A stretch of DNA of 64,000 nt from Flavobacteriales bacterium (GCA_900770875.1 CAAGLV010000077.1:1135-65134); one strand, 5' to 3'. Shown: positions 35,865 through 46,028, counted from the first letter of the stretch. The notes: generated by a model not told the origin, from the letters alone. Made by a program: numbers and translations.

Positions 35865-37250
35865 ATGAACAATTCAAACTTTAATCAAAACGGAAATCAA
35901 AATTTCAATCAACAAGGATACGCTCCTCAACAAAATCAAGGTTATCCACCACAACAAGGATATCCTCAAAATAATCAGTATATGAATCAAGATCCGAATC
36001 AAGGATATAATCCTCAAGGTCAAGTACCACAGCAACAGTATCAACAGCAGATGCCACCACAGCAACAATATCAACAGCAAGCGCCGCAACAGCAGATGCC
36101 ACAAGGTAATGTAACTGGGTTTACTGCTGCGGAAGCGGGAGTGCAACCTGCATTCAATAATAACAATGAGAATTACGAACGTAATCCTGATGTTTATAAT
36201 GTTCCTGACGGACAGAATATTGGTAGAATTTATAAAGTTGTAGATTTAGGTAGCCATCCTGGTTATCAAAATCAAGGACTTTTAAGAAAATTAAGAATCT
36301 CTTTTGAGTTCCCTCAATATTGCCAAAGATTTAATTTAAAATCGGAAGAATTTAAACCATCTGCTGTTCATTACGATGTAGCGTTTTTCACATCTTCTAA
36401 ATCTAAGTTAAGAAAATTGATTAACGCTTCAGTAGGAAGAACGTTATCTGATGATGAAGCTAAAGTATTTAACTATGCTGAATTATTAGGTAAAATGTTA
36501 TTACTTACTATTCAGAATAAAGTGAGTTCTCAAGGAAACGTATTTAGTAATGTTATTGATTTCGCTCAAGCCAATCCAAATGTAGTTGTAATTCCACCAG
36601 CATTTACTGATCCAAATACACCAAGAAATAATTATACTTGCTTTGCTATTGGTCCGAATTGCTCTAATCTATTAAATGAAAGTTTCGCTAACTTAACTTT
36701 AAAGGATAGAAAGGATATTATTAAATCTACAGAAGCAGAAGCTTTCTTAGCAAATGGAGGAATTGTTTTTAGAAATAAAAATAATGAAAAAGATAATTTC
36801 TATAATAAAGAACTTGCTGTAACTTCAAGTCAATATAATAATCAAAACTTCCAGCCACAGGGTAATTTCCCTCAGCAACAAGTTCCTCAACAGCAATACC
36901 AACAGCAGATGCCACAACAGCAGTATCAACCACAAGCACCACAAGGGCAACAGCCTAATTATGGAGCTTTCGGTCAATCTGCTCAACAAGCTATGCAAGA
37001 GCAATATCAACAGCAAGCGCCGCAACAGCAGTATCAGCCACAAGGTAATTTCCCTCAAGAAATACCTCAGCAAAATAATCCGGCAATGCAAGCTCCACAA
37101 GGAATGCAACCAAACGTAAATCCAGCTATGCAACAAGCTGCTCAAGTTTATGATAACCAACAACAGCAGTATCAACAAGAACCACCTTTATCTCAACAAC
37201 CTGGTTCTGGATTTTCAATGGGTAATGGAGAAGATGATTTACCATTCTAA
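35865..37250 (+). CDS. ssDNA-binding protein-like with Q/N/P-rich low-complexity arms
   Basis: Central phage replication/OB-like domain (RIYKVVDLGSH...LRISFEF...ELLGKMLLLTI) and SSB-type acidic tail EDDLPF. Confidence 0.7.
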   Translation: MNNSNFNQNGNQNFNQQGYAPQQNQGYPPQQGYPQNNQYMNQDPNQGYNPQGQVPQQQYQQQMPPQQQYQQQAPQQQMPQGNVTGFTAAEAGVQPAFNNNNENYERNPDVYNVPDGQNIGRIYKVVDLGSHPGYQNQGLLRKLRISFEFPQYCQRFNLKSEEFKPSAVHYDVAFFTSSKSKLRKLINASVGRTLSDDEAKVFNYAELLGKMLLLTIQNKVSSQGNVFSNVIDFAQANPNVVVIPPAFTDPNTPRNNYTCFAIGPNCSNLLNESFANLTLKDRKDIIKSTEAEAFLANGGIVFRNKNNEKDNFYNKELAVTSSQYNNQNFQPQGNFPQQQVPQQQYQQQMPQQQYQPQAPQGQQPNYGAFGQSAQQAMQEQYQQQAPQQQYQPQGNFPQEIPQQNNPAMQAPQGMQPNVNPAMQQAAQVYDNQQQQYQQEPPLSQQPGSGFSMGNGEDDLPF

Positions 37251-37648
37251 TGATTGTTAAATCTGCAACTATAAAGCTAAACGACGATGGTTCGTTTAGC
37301 TTTATTACCTCAAGAGAAGAGGAATCGTTTAAAAGAACAATATCTGCTTTAACTAAAAAAGGAACATTTAAAGCAGAGCTTACATTAAATTTAATTTATG
37401 AAGAATCTACACAAAGACAATGCAATTTATTTAAAATGATTTGTCGTAAAATAAGTGAAGCTTCAGCTATGTATGATTATAACATAGTTTATTCCTCAAT
37501 ACTTCAATACTTTGGATATAATAATATAGAGGATTTTCCTAAAGATAAGTTTAATGATTTGTTAGAAATTTCTATAATGACAGCTCGTGAAGCTTTCGGA
37601 GTAGAAATTAAGATTAACCCTGAAAATCATCATGTAGAAATTTTATGA
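37250..37648 (+). CDS. Hypothetical protein, possibly NinB/Orf-like
   Basis: STQRQCNLF...ISE pattern; located in the recombination block. Confidence 0.4.
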   Translation: MIVKSATIKLNDDGSFSFITSREEESFKRTISALTKKGTFKAELTLNLIYEESTQRQCNLFKMICRKISEASAMYDYNIVYSSILQYFGYNNIEDFPKDKFNDLLEISIMTAREAFGVEIKINPENHHVEIL

Positions 37649-37774
37649 TAAAAATCCTATCTATGATAGTATGTGTCGCAAGGATATCAACTATCTGGAT
37701 TAAAAATCCATTGACAAAGAAAATTTTAATAACTATTAGCCAATTAGCCTTAACATCAATAATTTTAAAGAAAA

Positions 37775-39656
37775 ATGAAAATAGAGTTCAATCAATTAAC
37801 AGAAGAACAGAAGATAGGAGTACAGAGAATAAAAGAGTTTGTTAATTCTCCTATTGATTTAAACGATTATCGAACAAGAGTTTTAGTATTAGTAGGACAA
37901 GCCGGAACAGGTAAAACTACTATGCTTAGAAATGGCTTAGAAGAAGTATTACAAGTAGATGAAAATATCGCTCACGAATCTATTAAAACTAGATATGATG
38001 CAGATTTATTTAATAATGGAGTACTTGGATGTGTCGGAGTAACAGTCGCTCATAAAGCGAAAAAAGTACTTAATCGTTCTATTAAAATTACTACAACATA
38101 CGCGGGATATTTTGGAATGATACAAGATAACGACGAATATGGTAATAAAATATTCGTTCCAAATCCAGACTTAAATAAACGTAATTCTTCTTTACATAAA
38201 AAACCTCATCGTGTAGCAGTGCATGATGAGGTTTCTATGTATGATGCTGATATGATTAATTATGTATTAGCAAATACGGACCCATTAACAAAGATAATTC
38301 TAGTCGGTAAATGGATTGCCGACTTTAAACCACTCTAATTGACTGGAAACCCCTTAGAGCCTTATACACTCCCTTGTTCAGTAATGAAACAAGTATAGTA
38401 AAAGAGATAAGGATTGGGCAATCAGCAGCGAAGATTCCTAATAGGAATAATGTTCAACGACTATCTCGCAAGAGAGTAGATTTTAAATTATCAATTAAAA
38501 TCGAAACGGGTGGATTGTGATAAGACTTTTTTATATACACAGAAAAATATCTAACGATGTTCCTTTTTACATAGGAAAAGGAACTAGATATAGATGTCTT
38601 GATTTTAATTCAAGGACTGAGCATTGGAAAAGAACAGCTAATAAACATGTATTTAAATATCACAATAAGATATAGTCTAATCTTATTAGAAATAATAAGT
38701 TCTAAAAATGTAAAGAAATGATAAACTTTATATATAAGTTTTTAGAAAAAATCCTGGATCCAGGACAACTTCCGCCAATCAAGGAAACAGGAGAAGATGG
38801 ATATTTATCTGATGAAGATTCTCCAGCTTTTACTTGGTTTAAGGATAATATGATTGTTCTTACTAAAAAAGTAAGACAAACAGAAGGTAATCCTATTATA
38901 GAATTAACAGATTTCATTTATAAAGAAATCTTTTCTACACACGATTTAGCTTCTGTATTACAAACTATGTCTGTACCTAACTATAATGAAGGTATAGGAT
39001 ATACAATGCTTAAATATGTAGACTTTTTAAGAACATATACTTCGGTAACTACATCTTATATAGATTCTAAGATTTTAGCTTACAGAAATGATACAGTTAA
39101 TTACATGAATGATTCTATTAGAAATTTCATTTATAATAATCCTACACAAGAAATAATTGAAGGAGAATTGATTTATATGTCAAGTACTTTTCAATGCTCA
39201 AGAAAAGGATTCTTATATAATTCAGATGAGTATCTAATAGACTCAATACATATCGTTGTAGAGAAAGAAGTTGAATGTTATAAATGTATTGTTAATAAAG
39301 GAGGTCATGATCATTTAATAAATGAACATAATCCTTTTTTCTTAATTCCAACTGCTCAAGGAAAAATACAATTTCAAAATGTATCTATCCAATTAAAGAG
39401 ATTTGCAATTCAAGAAAAGGATAATTTCAAGAAGAAAAAAGCTTGGGCTAGATATCTTAATTATATTAATAATTTCGCTACAATTTCTTACGGATATTGT
39501 TATACTTCTCATAAGTCTCAAGGTTCGACGTTTAAGAATGTATTTGTAGATGTCAATGATATTATAACATCTACAAGATTATCTAACAAGAGAAAGCTAC
39601 AAGCGTTATACACAGCTATAACAAGAGCTTCACACTCAGTATATTTTTTACATTAA
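37775..39656 (+). CDS. Dda/RecD-like SF1 helicase, intron-split (exons 37775-38308 and 38757-39656; 477 aa spliced)
   Basis: GQAGTGKT and DEVSM; splicing restores motif III ILVG|DPGQLPP; VRQ, HKSQGSTF, YTAITRA. Confidence 0.9.
38309..38756 (+). ncRNA. Group I intron
   Basis: Exon ends in U and intron ends in G; P1 GTCGGT/GCCGAC; P10 TGGATT/GATCCA; P (AATTGACTGGAAAC), Q (AATCAGCAG), R (TCAACGACTA) and S (AAGATATAGTC) core elements. Confidence 0.92.
38517..38675 (+). pseudogene. Truncated GIY-YIG homing endonuclease remnant in the intron P8 loop
   Basis: VIRLFYIHRKISNDVPFYIGKGTRYRCLDFNSRTEHWKRTANKH...stop; bracketed by P8 ATTGTGATA/TATCACAAT. Confidence 0.75.
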
Positions 39657-39669
39657 TAAATAAAACAAA

Positions 39670-40038
39670 ATGGAAAAGAAAACAGAAACAAGGGAATCAA
39701 TTTTTGAAGATTTAAAATCTATCATCCCAGTAATGAAAGCTAAGAAATCTGATATGATTTTTGATGTTTATAAAAAAGATATTAAAAACTTAGCTCAATT
39801 ATCTGCAGTTCAAGAACTAGCAGACGAAGAAGAAATCTGTATTAAAAACTTCGAATTAATCATTGATTGTGGTATAGATACTTATTCTAAGCTAGAGGAG
39901 ATCTACTCTAAGCTAGAAGAAGGAGTTGAAAAAATGGATAATCTAGAATTAAAAGGAGCTATCTATACAATATATAGCTTTGTAGATTACTCTTATCAAG
40001 AACAAAATAACCCAGATTTTTTAGTTTTAGATGAATAA
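39670..40038 (+). CDS. Hypothetical acidic protein
   Basis: 122-aa ORF. Confidence 0.65.
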   Translation: MEKKTETRESIFEDLKSIIPVMKAKKSDMIFDVYKKDIKNLAQLSAVQELADEEEICIKNFELIIDCGIDTYSKLEEIYSKLEEGVEKMDNLELKGAIYTIYSFVDYSYQEQNNPDFLVLDE

Positions 40039-40924
40039 CCAAGATAATAGTATTATAAATTTTACTCTTGAAGACGTTGGAGTAACAAGATTAAAAACAA
40101 ATCGACTTGCTTTATATGATGCTGATAGAGTTAAATTTATAATTCCTGATAGAATTTGGAAACGTAAAAAAGAGAACGAAATTAAAGGTATATCGGATAT
40201 TTATATGGAGGAGCCTTTAGTTATCACGGAAACTAAAGCTTGGATACAAGAGATTACTTCTCAAATCGAAGATCCAATATTATTTTGTTTCTCAGACAAA
40301 CCTTATAATGTTTATCGTTCCAAAGTTGCATTTGAAAAAGAATACAAAGGGAATCGTAAAGAGAAAAAGGAATACAGAGAATATGAAGGAAAAGCAGAAG
40401 ATGCTATTGCAGCAGCTAAGTACGTTATAGAGAATTGTAATTCCGTTTTTGCCGAAGGATTAGAAGCTGATGATATATTATCGTTTTTACAAGATAAAGA
40501 CAATACTTACATCATATCTAACGACAAGGATTTAAAGCAGATTCCTGGTTATCATTTCAATCAAGAAATATTAGGATTAGAAGAGGTAACGGAAATGGAT
40601 GCATTAAAAATGTTATGTATGCAATTACTTAAAGGTGATCCTACAGATAACATTCAAGGGATTGATAAAATAGGAGATAAGAAAGCATTAGCTTTTGTTA
40701 ATTCTCCAAACTTTAATCCGGCATTATGTTTTCAACAAATTATGTATGAATATCAAAAAGCTCATAAATCTAAAACTAAAGGGGTTGAAGCTTTTTGTGA
40801 AAATTTCATGTTAATTAAAATGAAAACAGATAGAGGTGCTTACTTCAAAAGCAAGTACCAACACGTTTATGATTTAAAAGAATATTTATTAAATCAAATG
40901 CGTGAAAATAATTTAAAGCAATAG
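40031..40924 (+). CDS. 5'-3' exonuclease / flap endonuclease (T7 gp6 / T4 RNase H-like)
   Basis: YKGNR, EADD, SNDKDL, GDPTDNIQGIDKIG. Confidence 0.92.
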   Translation: MNNQDNSIINFTLEDVGVTRLKTNRLALYDADRVKFIIPDRIWKRKKENEIKGISDIYMEEPLVITETKAWIQEITSQIEDPILFCFSDKPYNVYRSKVAFEKEYKGNRKEKKEYREYEGKAEDAIAAAKYVIENCNSVFAEGLEADDILSFLQDKDNTYIISNDKDLKQIPGYHFNQEILGLEEVTEMDALKMLCMQLLKGDPTDNIQGIDKIGDKKALAFVNSPNFNPALCFQQIMYEYQKAHKSKTKGVEAFCENFMLIKMKTDRGAYFKSKYQHVYDLKEYLLNQMRENNLKQ

Positions 40925-40970
40925 CTTTAAATACCAAAATAAATTTATACTTTTAACAACAATATCTGTA

Positions 40971-42227
40971 ATGAATATTTATTTTATTTGTTACAGATAT
41001 TTATTTAAAATAAAAACTATGTTAGAAACTAAAAAAGAACAATTAGAAGTAAAGGTTATCGTTGGAATTGATCCAAAACTTACAAACTTCGACCATCAAA
41101 AACATGCATTAATTTTTGATATTACAAATGAAACTACAACAGAAGTTAAAAATTTAATAACTCAAGTTGTATCAAGTTCTAATCAAGCTCAATTAGAATC
41201 ATTCGTTCCATTTGTTCAAAACGTCTTATCATTACAAGAAATTCAAAATACTTTTTACGACAAGGATAACGAAGAAGAATCATTAAAGCGATTTAACGAG
41301 TTTAATGCTTTAACTGCTGCTAAGAGAGTAGATGAAGCTTTTGAGTTAATCTATCGCGAAGCTATGGATCGTAAGGATCAAATTGTTAATCTTAAGAAAG
41401 CCTTTAAAGACGAACTTAAAGCTAAAAAATCTTTATTAGAGGAAAACTATAAAGAGTATTTAGACGAAAAGAAACGTAAAGCTGACGAAGCTAAAGCTAA
41501 AAAGAAAGCTCAAGATGAAGCTGAAAATTTAGCTTTAAAACAAGCCGCGGAAGAAGCTCAAGAAAAAGCTAAAAGATTAGAAATTTCAAACGCTATTGAA
41601 AGTTGTAAAAATAAGATTTCAGCTATTCAAACTTCTGCTTTAAGTAATTTGAACTTTGCTAATATCGACGGCTTAGAAAGGCTTAAATTCAACATTGCTG
41701 ATACTAACTTCGAATCATATAAACCTAATGTAGAATTAGAGAAAGAAGTTGTAGAGGAATTAAGAAAATTATATATCGATACTATTAGCAATTCTGTTAA
41801 AGCTATTGATACAAAAATTCAAGCTTTAAAATTAGCTCAACGTAATGAAAAGCTAGAGCAACAAGTTCCAGAGTCAATCAACACTCAACAGGTTCCACAA
41901 AACTTTGAACAACAAGAAACAAATCAAGTTCCACCTACACCACAATCTTTCACTCATACACCTACACATAAAACAGATTTAGAGCTTGTTGCAGAATTTA
42001 GACAAATCGTAGAATCGTACACTAATTCTGTTAAAAGTTTAAACCAAAACTTACGTAATGATTTAGCTTACGTAATTACAAATTTGGAGAATCAAGAGTT
42101 AATGAATATTGTTAGTAATTTGCCTGTGAAATCATTACCAACAGTTGATGAGTGGATGGAAAAAATGGATACTTGGTCTGAAAAAGTAAAAATGAATTAC
42201 GAAGCTTTTATTACTAATAACAAATAA
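40971..42227 (+). CDS. Coiled-coil hypothetical protein (likely start ATG 41019)
   Basis: Long heptad region KRKADEAKAKKKAQDEAE. Confidence 0.7.
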   Translation: MNIYFICYRYLFKIKTMLETKKEQLEVKVIVGIDPKLTNFDHQKHALIFDITNETTTEVKNLITQVVSSSNQAQLESFVPFVQNVLSLQEIQNTFYDKDNEEESLKRFNEFNALTAAKRVDEAFELIYREAMDRKDQIVNLKKAFKDELKAKKSLLEENYKEYLDEKKRKADEAKAKKKAQDEAENLALKQAAEEAQEKAKRLEISNAIESCKNKISAIQTSALSNLNFANIDGLERLKFNIADTNFESYKPNVELEKEVVEELRKLYIDTISNSVKAIDTKIQALKLAQRNEKLEQQVPESINTQQVPQNFEQQETNQVPPTPQSFTHTPTHKTDLELVAEFRQIVESYTNSVKSLNQNLRNDLAYVITNLENQELMNIVSNLPVKSLPTVDEWMEKMDTWSEKVKMNYEAFITNNK

Positions 42228-42238
42228 ATAATATAAAA

Positions 42239-43006
42239 ATGAAATTTAAATTACCAGCATTACACGAAGCAGTTAGTACATCTAAAAACTTAACTAAAGA
42301 TGATATTAGACAATATATTTTCGTTTGGAACGGAATTGCAATGACTTTTATGAGTCCTGTTTTCATTGTTGATTTATACGAATACGTAAAGCAAGAATGT
42401 AAAATTGACAATGAAGAAGAATTAGAAAAATTATCTCAAGTAATTGATTTCTTAAATGGTCGAGCTATTTCGATTTCTTCTTGGAAAGAATTAACTTCTT
42501 TATGCGATATTGAATTTGACGAAGATGAAGAATCTTTAGTTATAAACAAAATAGGACATAAATTAGAAGTTATCTTCGATGATAATTTTATTGGTGTTCA
42601 GTACTTCAAACAAAAGATTACTCAATACATCAATACATTATCTTCTAAAACTGTTCCTGCTGACGGATTATCTTTTGAAGGCCCTGTATTAAAATCTATT
42701 GGTAATATCTTCAAAACGGAAGCTAAATCAGATACAATTCGATTATTCTTAATTGAGAATAGCTCTTTCGTTAGATTCCAATTATCTAGAAAAGGATATA
42801 TTTTTGGTATTATTAATATTGACGGAGATGCAGCGCATTTAAATAAAGATTTAACTTCTGGTGTTCATACTCAAGAATTGATTGATAATTTAAATGAAGG
42901 ATTAGATCAAGTTGTCTTCAAAGAACCTGAACTAGCTAAAGTAGAAGAAGGCGCGCCGTCAAGCGTATTGTTTTCTATGGATGATGATTTAAATTTAGAA
43001 GATTAA
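42239..43006 (+). CDS. Hypothetical protein, weak resemblance to the sliding-clamp (Pol III beta) N-terminus
   Basis: LHEAVS...DDIRQYIFVWNGIAMT; resemblance is tentative. Confidence 0.4.
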   Translation: MKFKLPALHEAVSTSKNLTKDDIRQYIFVWNGIAMTFMSPVFIVDLYEYVKQECKIDNEEELEKLSQVIDFLNGRAISISSWKELTSLCDIEFDEDEESLVINKIGHKLEVIFDDNFIGVQYFKQKITQYINTLSSKTVPADGLSFEGPVLKSIGNIFKTEAKSDTIRLFLIENSSFVRFQLSRKGYIFGIINIDGDAAHLNKDLTSGVHTQELIDNLNEGLDQVVFKEPELAKVEEGAPSSVLFSMDDDLNLED

Positions 43007-43015
43007 TACTAACAT

Positions 43016-43040
43016 AAGGCTCTTTAATTAGAGCCTTTTA
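43016..43040 (+). terminator. Intrinsic terminator
   Basis: AAGGCTCT/AGAGCCTT stem followed by T-rich tail. Confidence 0.65.
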
Positions 43041-43051
43041 ATTTTACAAAC

Positions 43052-43789
43052 ATGGCAGAATTAGCTAATGATGATGAATTATACTTCACTTGGTGGTTTA
43101 ATGAATTAGAGCAAGCAGGGCTTGCAAAAGACTTATCACACGAAGGAACTCAATTTGATATTATTGATAATGATATTTTCTCTTATGAGCATTTTGATAA
43201 AAGAGGTAAAGAAAAAATTATAACAAAAGAGCTTTACGAAAGGTTAACTTGGAAGCCTGATTTCTCAATGTTATTATCAAGAAAATTAGAAGGAAAAATG
43301 TTTGCTATTATTAATGAAAATTCAAATGATAATAGATTGATATTACCAGATAACTTTGATAAATCATTAGGAAATATATATCAAGAAACTTGCTTACTGA
43401 CTACTACAAGCCAAATTGTAGATGATGAATGGATAAGAGTTTGGTTTGATGTTAAACCTCCGGCATTCGCTTTACAATTCAGTTCTAAATTAAGCTCATC
43501 AAGAGATTTTAGATACCTAAAAAAGATTATGTTTTTAAGACATAAAATTTATGTAAATAAAGTAGTTACTTCTCATAATAAAGATGTGAAGCAATTGTCA
43601 AGAACAAACACTATTTTTTACAAAACATTCTTACCTCAACGTTATTTATTCAACAATAAAGATGGTCGTCCAAGAAAACTTAAAAACCACGAGAAAGCTT
43701 CTAAAAGTATTGCACAATACTTAGAATCAAAAAAGGTTTTCGAAGAACCTCAAACACAAAATTTAAACCAACAACAAGAATTATTTTAA
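43052..43789 (+). CDS. Putative PD-(D/E)xK nuclease
   Basis: E...WKPDF...FDVKP...F...KK pattern. Confidence 0.55.
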   Translation: MAELANDDELYFTWWFNELEQAGLAKDLSHEGTQFDIIDNDIFSYEHFDKRGKEKIITKELYERLTWKPDFSMLLSRKLEGKMFAIINENSNDNRLILPDNFDKSLGNIYQETCLLTTTSQIVDDEWIRVWFDVKPPAFALQFSSKLSSSRDFRYLKKIMFLRHKIYVNKVVTSHNKDVKQLSRTNTIFYKTFLPQRYLFNNKDGRPRKLKNHEKASKSIAQYLESKKVFEEPQTQNLNQQQELF

Positions 43790-43853
43790 TTATGAAGAAA
43801 TAATTTTTAAAAAATAAATTATAGTGAAGTTCAATTATTAGAAGAAAATTAAA

Positions 43854-44372
43854 ATGATAGAAATCCAATTAGTAGGTAAAAACAGAGTAGAATTACCTAG
43901 AAAAGCAACAAGATTATCGGGAGCAGTAGATTTACACGCAAGAGGTGTTATCCAATGGTACACAGCAAATAATGTACAATTAAACGAAAAAGAATTAGAA
44001 GAAGTTAATTGGAGGTTTAAAAACAAGAAACCTATCCGATTATTAAAAGGGCAAAGAATTTTAATCGATACTGATTTATTCTTAGCTAATTGTCCTGAAG
44101 ATTTTAGAGGAGATGTGAAATCGCGTTCTGGATTAGCTTTAAAGCATGGAGTATTTGTTTTAAATGCTGACGGATTAGTAGACGCTGATTATAGAAAATG
44201 CATAGGAGTTATTCTTAGTAATGTATCAAACGAAGCTTTTGAAATTAACTTCAATGATAGAATAGCTCAGTTCGAATCTCGTAGAGGAGAAGATGTAACT
44301 TATGAATTTGTAAATGAAATAGTGCCGGCTGATTCCGAGAGAAAAGACGGTTTCGGACATACAGGGAAATAA
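43854..44372 (+). CDS. dut: dUTPase (trimeric)
   Basis: AVDL, SRSGLA, GLVDADY, DRIAQ, RKDGFGHTG. Confidence 0.95.
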   Translation: MIEIQLVGKNRVELPRKATRLSGAVDLHARGVIQWYTANNVQLNEKELEEVNWRFKNKKPIRLLKGQRILIDTDLFLANCPEDFRGDVKSRSGLALKHGVFVLNADGLVDADYRKCIGVILSNVSNEAFEINFNDRIAQFESRRGEDVTYEFVNEIVPADSERKDGFGHTGK

Positions 44373-44407
44373 ACTACAATTTTCTGAAAAAATTATGTAA
44401 TAACAAA

Positions 44408-44440
44408 TGCGAGGTTTTAATAAAACCTCGCAATTTTATT
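44408..44440 (+). terminator. Hairpin/terminator after dut
   Basis: TGCGAGGTTTTA/TAAAACCTCGCA inverted repeat followed by ATTTTATTTT. Confidence 0.65.
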
Positions 44441-44442
44441 TT

Positions 44443-44685
44443 ATGGAAAAATTTAATCCTAAAGATTGGAAAGCAAAAGGCTTTACTGGTTATTGTCATT
44501 ATGTAATTAATACAAAAACTAAAGAAGAGGTACTTATACCAATATGTATAGGAGTTGCAGTTTATAATGATTTAGATATGTGTACTTGTCGTTCATCATA
44601 TCAATTAGATAAATCAAAAGATAAACTCGTAGAAGAGAATAATTATCTTAAACAATTACTAATAAATAATAATATAAAATTTTAA
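44443..44685 (+). CDS. Hypothetical protein (start adjusted to ATG 44443, after the hairpin)
   Basis: MEKFNPKDW...CHY...ICIG...CTC. Confidence 0.6.
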   Translation: MEKFNPKDWKAKGFTGYCHYVINTKTKEEVLIPICIGVAVYNDLDMCTCRSSYQLDKSKDKLVEENNYLKQLLINNNIKF

Positions 44686-44688
44686 AAA

Positions 44689-45384
44689 ATGAGAAAGTTT
44701 TTTTACGATACAGAATTTTGTGAGGGAGTTCAACAAAATTTAAACAAACCTACAATAGATTTAATTTCAATCGGAATTGTAGATGAAGAAGGAAATGAAT
44801 ATTATGCTATTTCTAATGACTTTAATTTAAGTAATGCATGGCATAAAAACGATAATACTGTAGCAGAACCAAATTATTGGTTAAGAGAAAATGTACTTAA
44901 AAAAGTATTTAATGATTTAAGAAAATTTGATAATGATGATTTATATGAATATTTTACTTTAGAAAATCTTTATACGTTATTACAAGATTATGGTAAATCA
45001 AATTATACTATTCAGAAAGAAATTTTAGATTTTATCAAACCATCAAAAGAATCTCCAGTAGAATTATATGGTTATTATTCTGCTTACGACCATGTTGTTT
45101 TATGTTGGTTATTTGATAAAATGATTGATTTACCAGAAGGAATGCCAATGTACACTACTGATTTAAGACAAATGATTGATATAAAAATAAATGATGTTAT
45201 TAACAATATTTGTTATAGTTCAGGAAATCATACTATATGGAATAAAAAAGAAGCGTTAGATTTTATTAAATCAAAACATGATTATCCTAAACAATCTAAT
45301 GAACATAATGCTTTAGATGACGCTAAATGGAATTTAGAATTATATAAATTTTTAACTAAAAAAGAAAACAATGAAAAAAAATAA
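44689..45384 (+). CDS. DEDDh 3'-5' exonuclease (Rv2179c-like exoribonuclease)
   Basis: FFYDTEF, LISIGIV, YYSAYDHV, HNALDDAKW. Confidence 0.88.
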   Translation: MRKFFYDTEFCEGVQQNLNKPTIDLISIGIVDEEGNEYYAISNDFNLSNAWHKNDNTVAEPNYWLRENVLKKVFNDLRKFDNDDLYEYFTLENLYTLLQDYGKSNYTIQKEILDFIKPSKESPVELYGYYSAYDHVVLCWLFDKMIDLPEGMPMYTTDLRQMIDIKINDVINNICYSSGNHTIWNKKEALDFIKSKHDYPKQSNEHNALDDAKWNLELYKFLTKKENNEKK

Positions 45385-45595
45385 CCAACAATTTCAATAC
45401 ATGATGTTAGGAAGATTAGTTTCTGATTGTGAATACTATTTAGGTAATGGAGGTAGAAATCCTAAAAACCTTTGGGCATTAGAAGAGAAAGAACATATTT
45501 CTGAAATGAAAAAGATTTATAATCAATTAGAGGTTAAACCTGAATGGTTATCTATGGAAGATATTAAAGAGTATGAATCTAAAATGACACAATAA
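45371..45595 (+). CDS. LPD11 domain protein
   Basis: YMMLGRLVSDCEYYLGNG...LWA...KPEWLSMEDIKEYE. Confidence 0.75.
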   Translation: MKKNNQQFQYMMLGRLVSDCEYYLGNGGRNPKNLWALEEKEHISEMKKIYNQLEVKPEWLSMEDIKEYESKMTQ

Positions 45596-45723
45596 TGTTT
45601 TATGCTTATAACTAAGAAACAAAAAAGCTTATAGTAACTGATAATTTAAAATCTATGGCTTATATTTATAATTCTATAAAGTTTGGACATATTATCAGAA
45701 AACAATATTTAATGATTTAAAGT

Positions 45724-45764
45724 AAAAAAGCAACTATCCGATTTTTCCAGATAGTTGCTTTTTT
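45724..45764. terminator. Bidirectional terminator at the early/late convergence
   Basis: AAAAAAGCAACTATC...GATAGTTGCTTTTTT. Confidence 0.9.
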
Positions 45765-45998
45765 TTAACTTCTTACTGCGAAGGTTACGAGAGAAAGAAG
45801 ATTTATATTTGAAATAGTATGTGAATATTTAGCTTTTTGGACCTTTTCGTTTCTTATATTATTAGCACAGTCTTTTAGAGAAAAACCTTTAACCCACATC
45901 TTTTTAGTTTCGCTAAACTCTAAATATTTATTAACACCCTTTTGAGTGTAGTAATCAACAGTTACCTCTGCTATATACATTGGTATTTTATGCTCCAT
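45765..45998 (-). CDS. Hypothetical protein
   Basis: 77-aa ORF after the RNAP gene, ending at the terminator. Confidence 0.55.
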   Translation of the reverse strand: MEHKIPMYIAEVTVDYYTQKGVNKYLEFSETKKMWVKGFSLKDCANNIRNEKVQKAKYSHTISNINLLSLVTFAVRS

Positions 45999-46028
45999 TT
46001 GTTCTTTTATATTTTGCTAATATATAAA

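Noticed and set aside
35874..37178. Leu-rich and Val/Ala-rich minus-strand ORFs
   Set aside because: Antisense shadows of the CAA/CAG repeats in the Q-rich gene
37645..37845. 66-aa ORF overlapping the helicase start
   Set aside because: Overlaps the helicase by 71 nt and has no recognisable motif; could be real but is unsupported
38702..38756. Independent start of the 312-aa ORF at 38718, or a frameshift/intein in the helicase
   Set aside because: This sequence is the 3' end of the group I intron; splicing explains both ORFs
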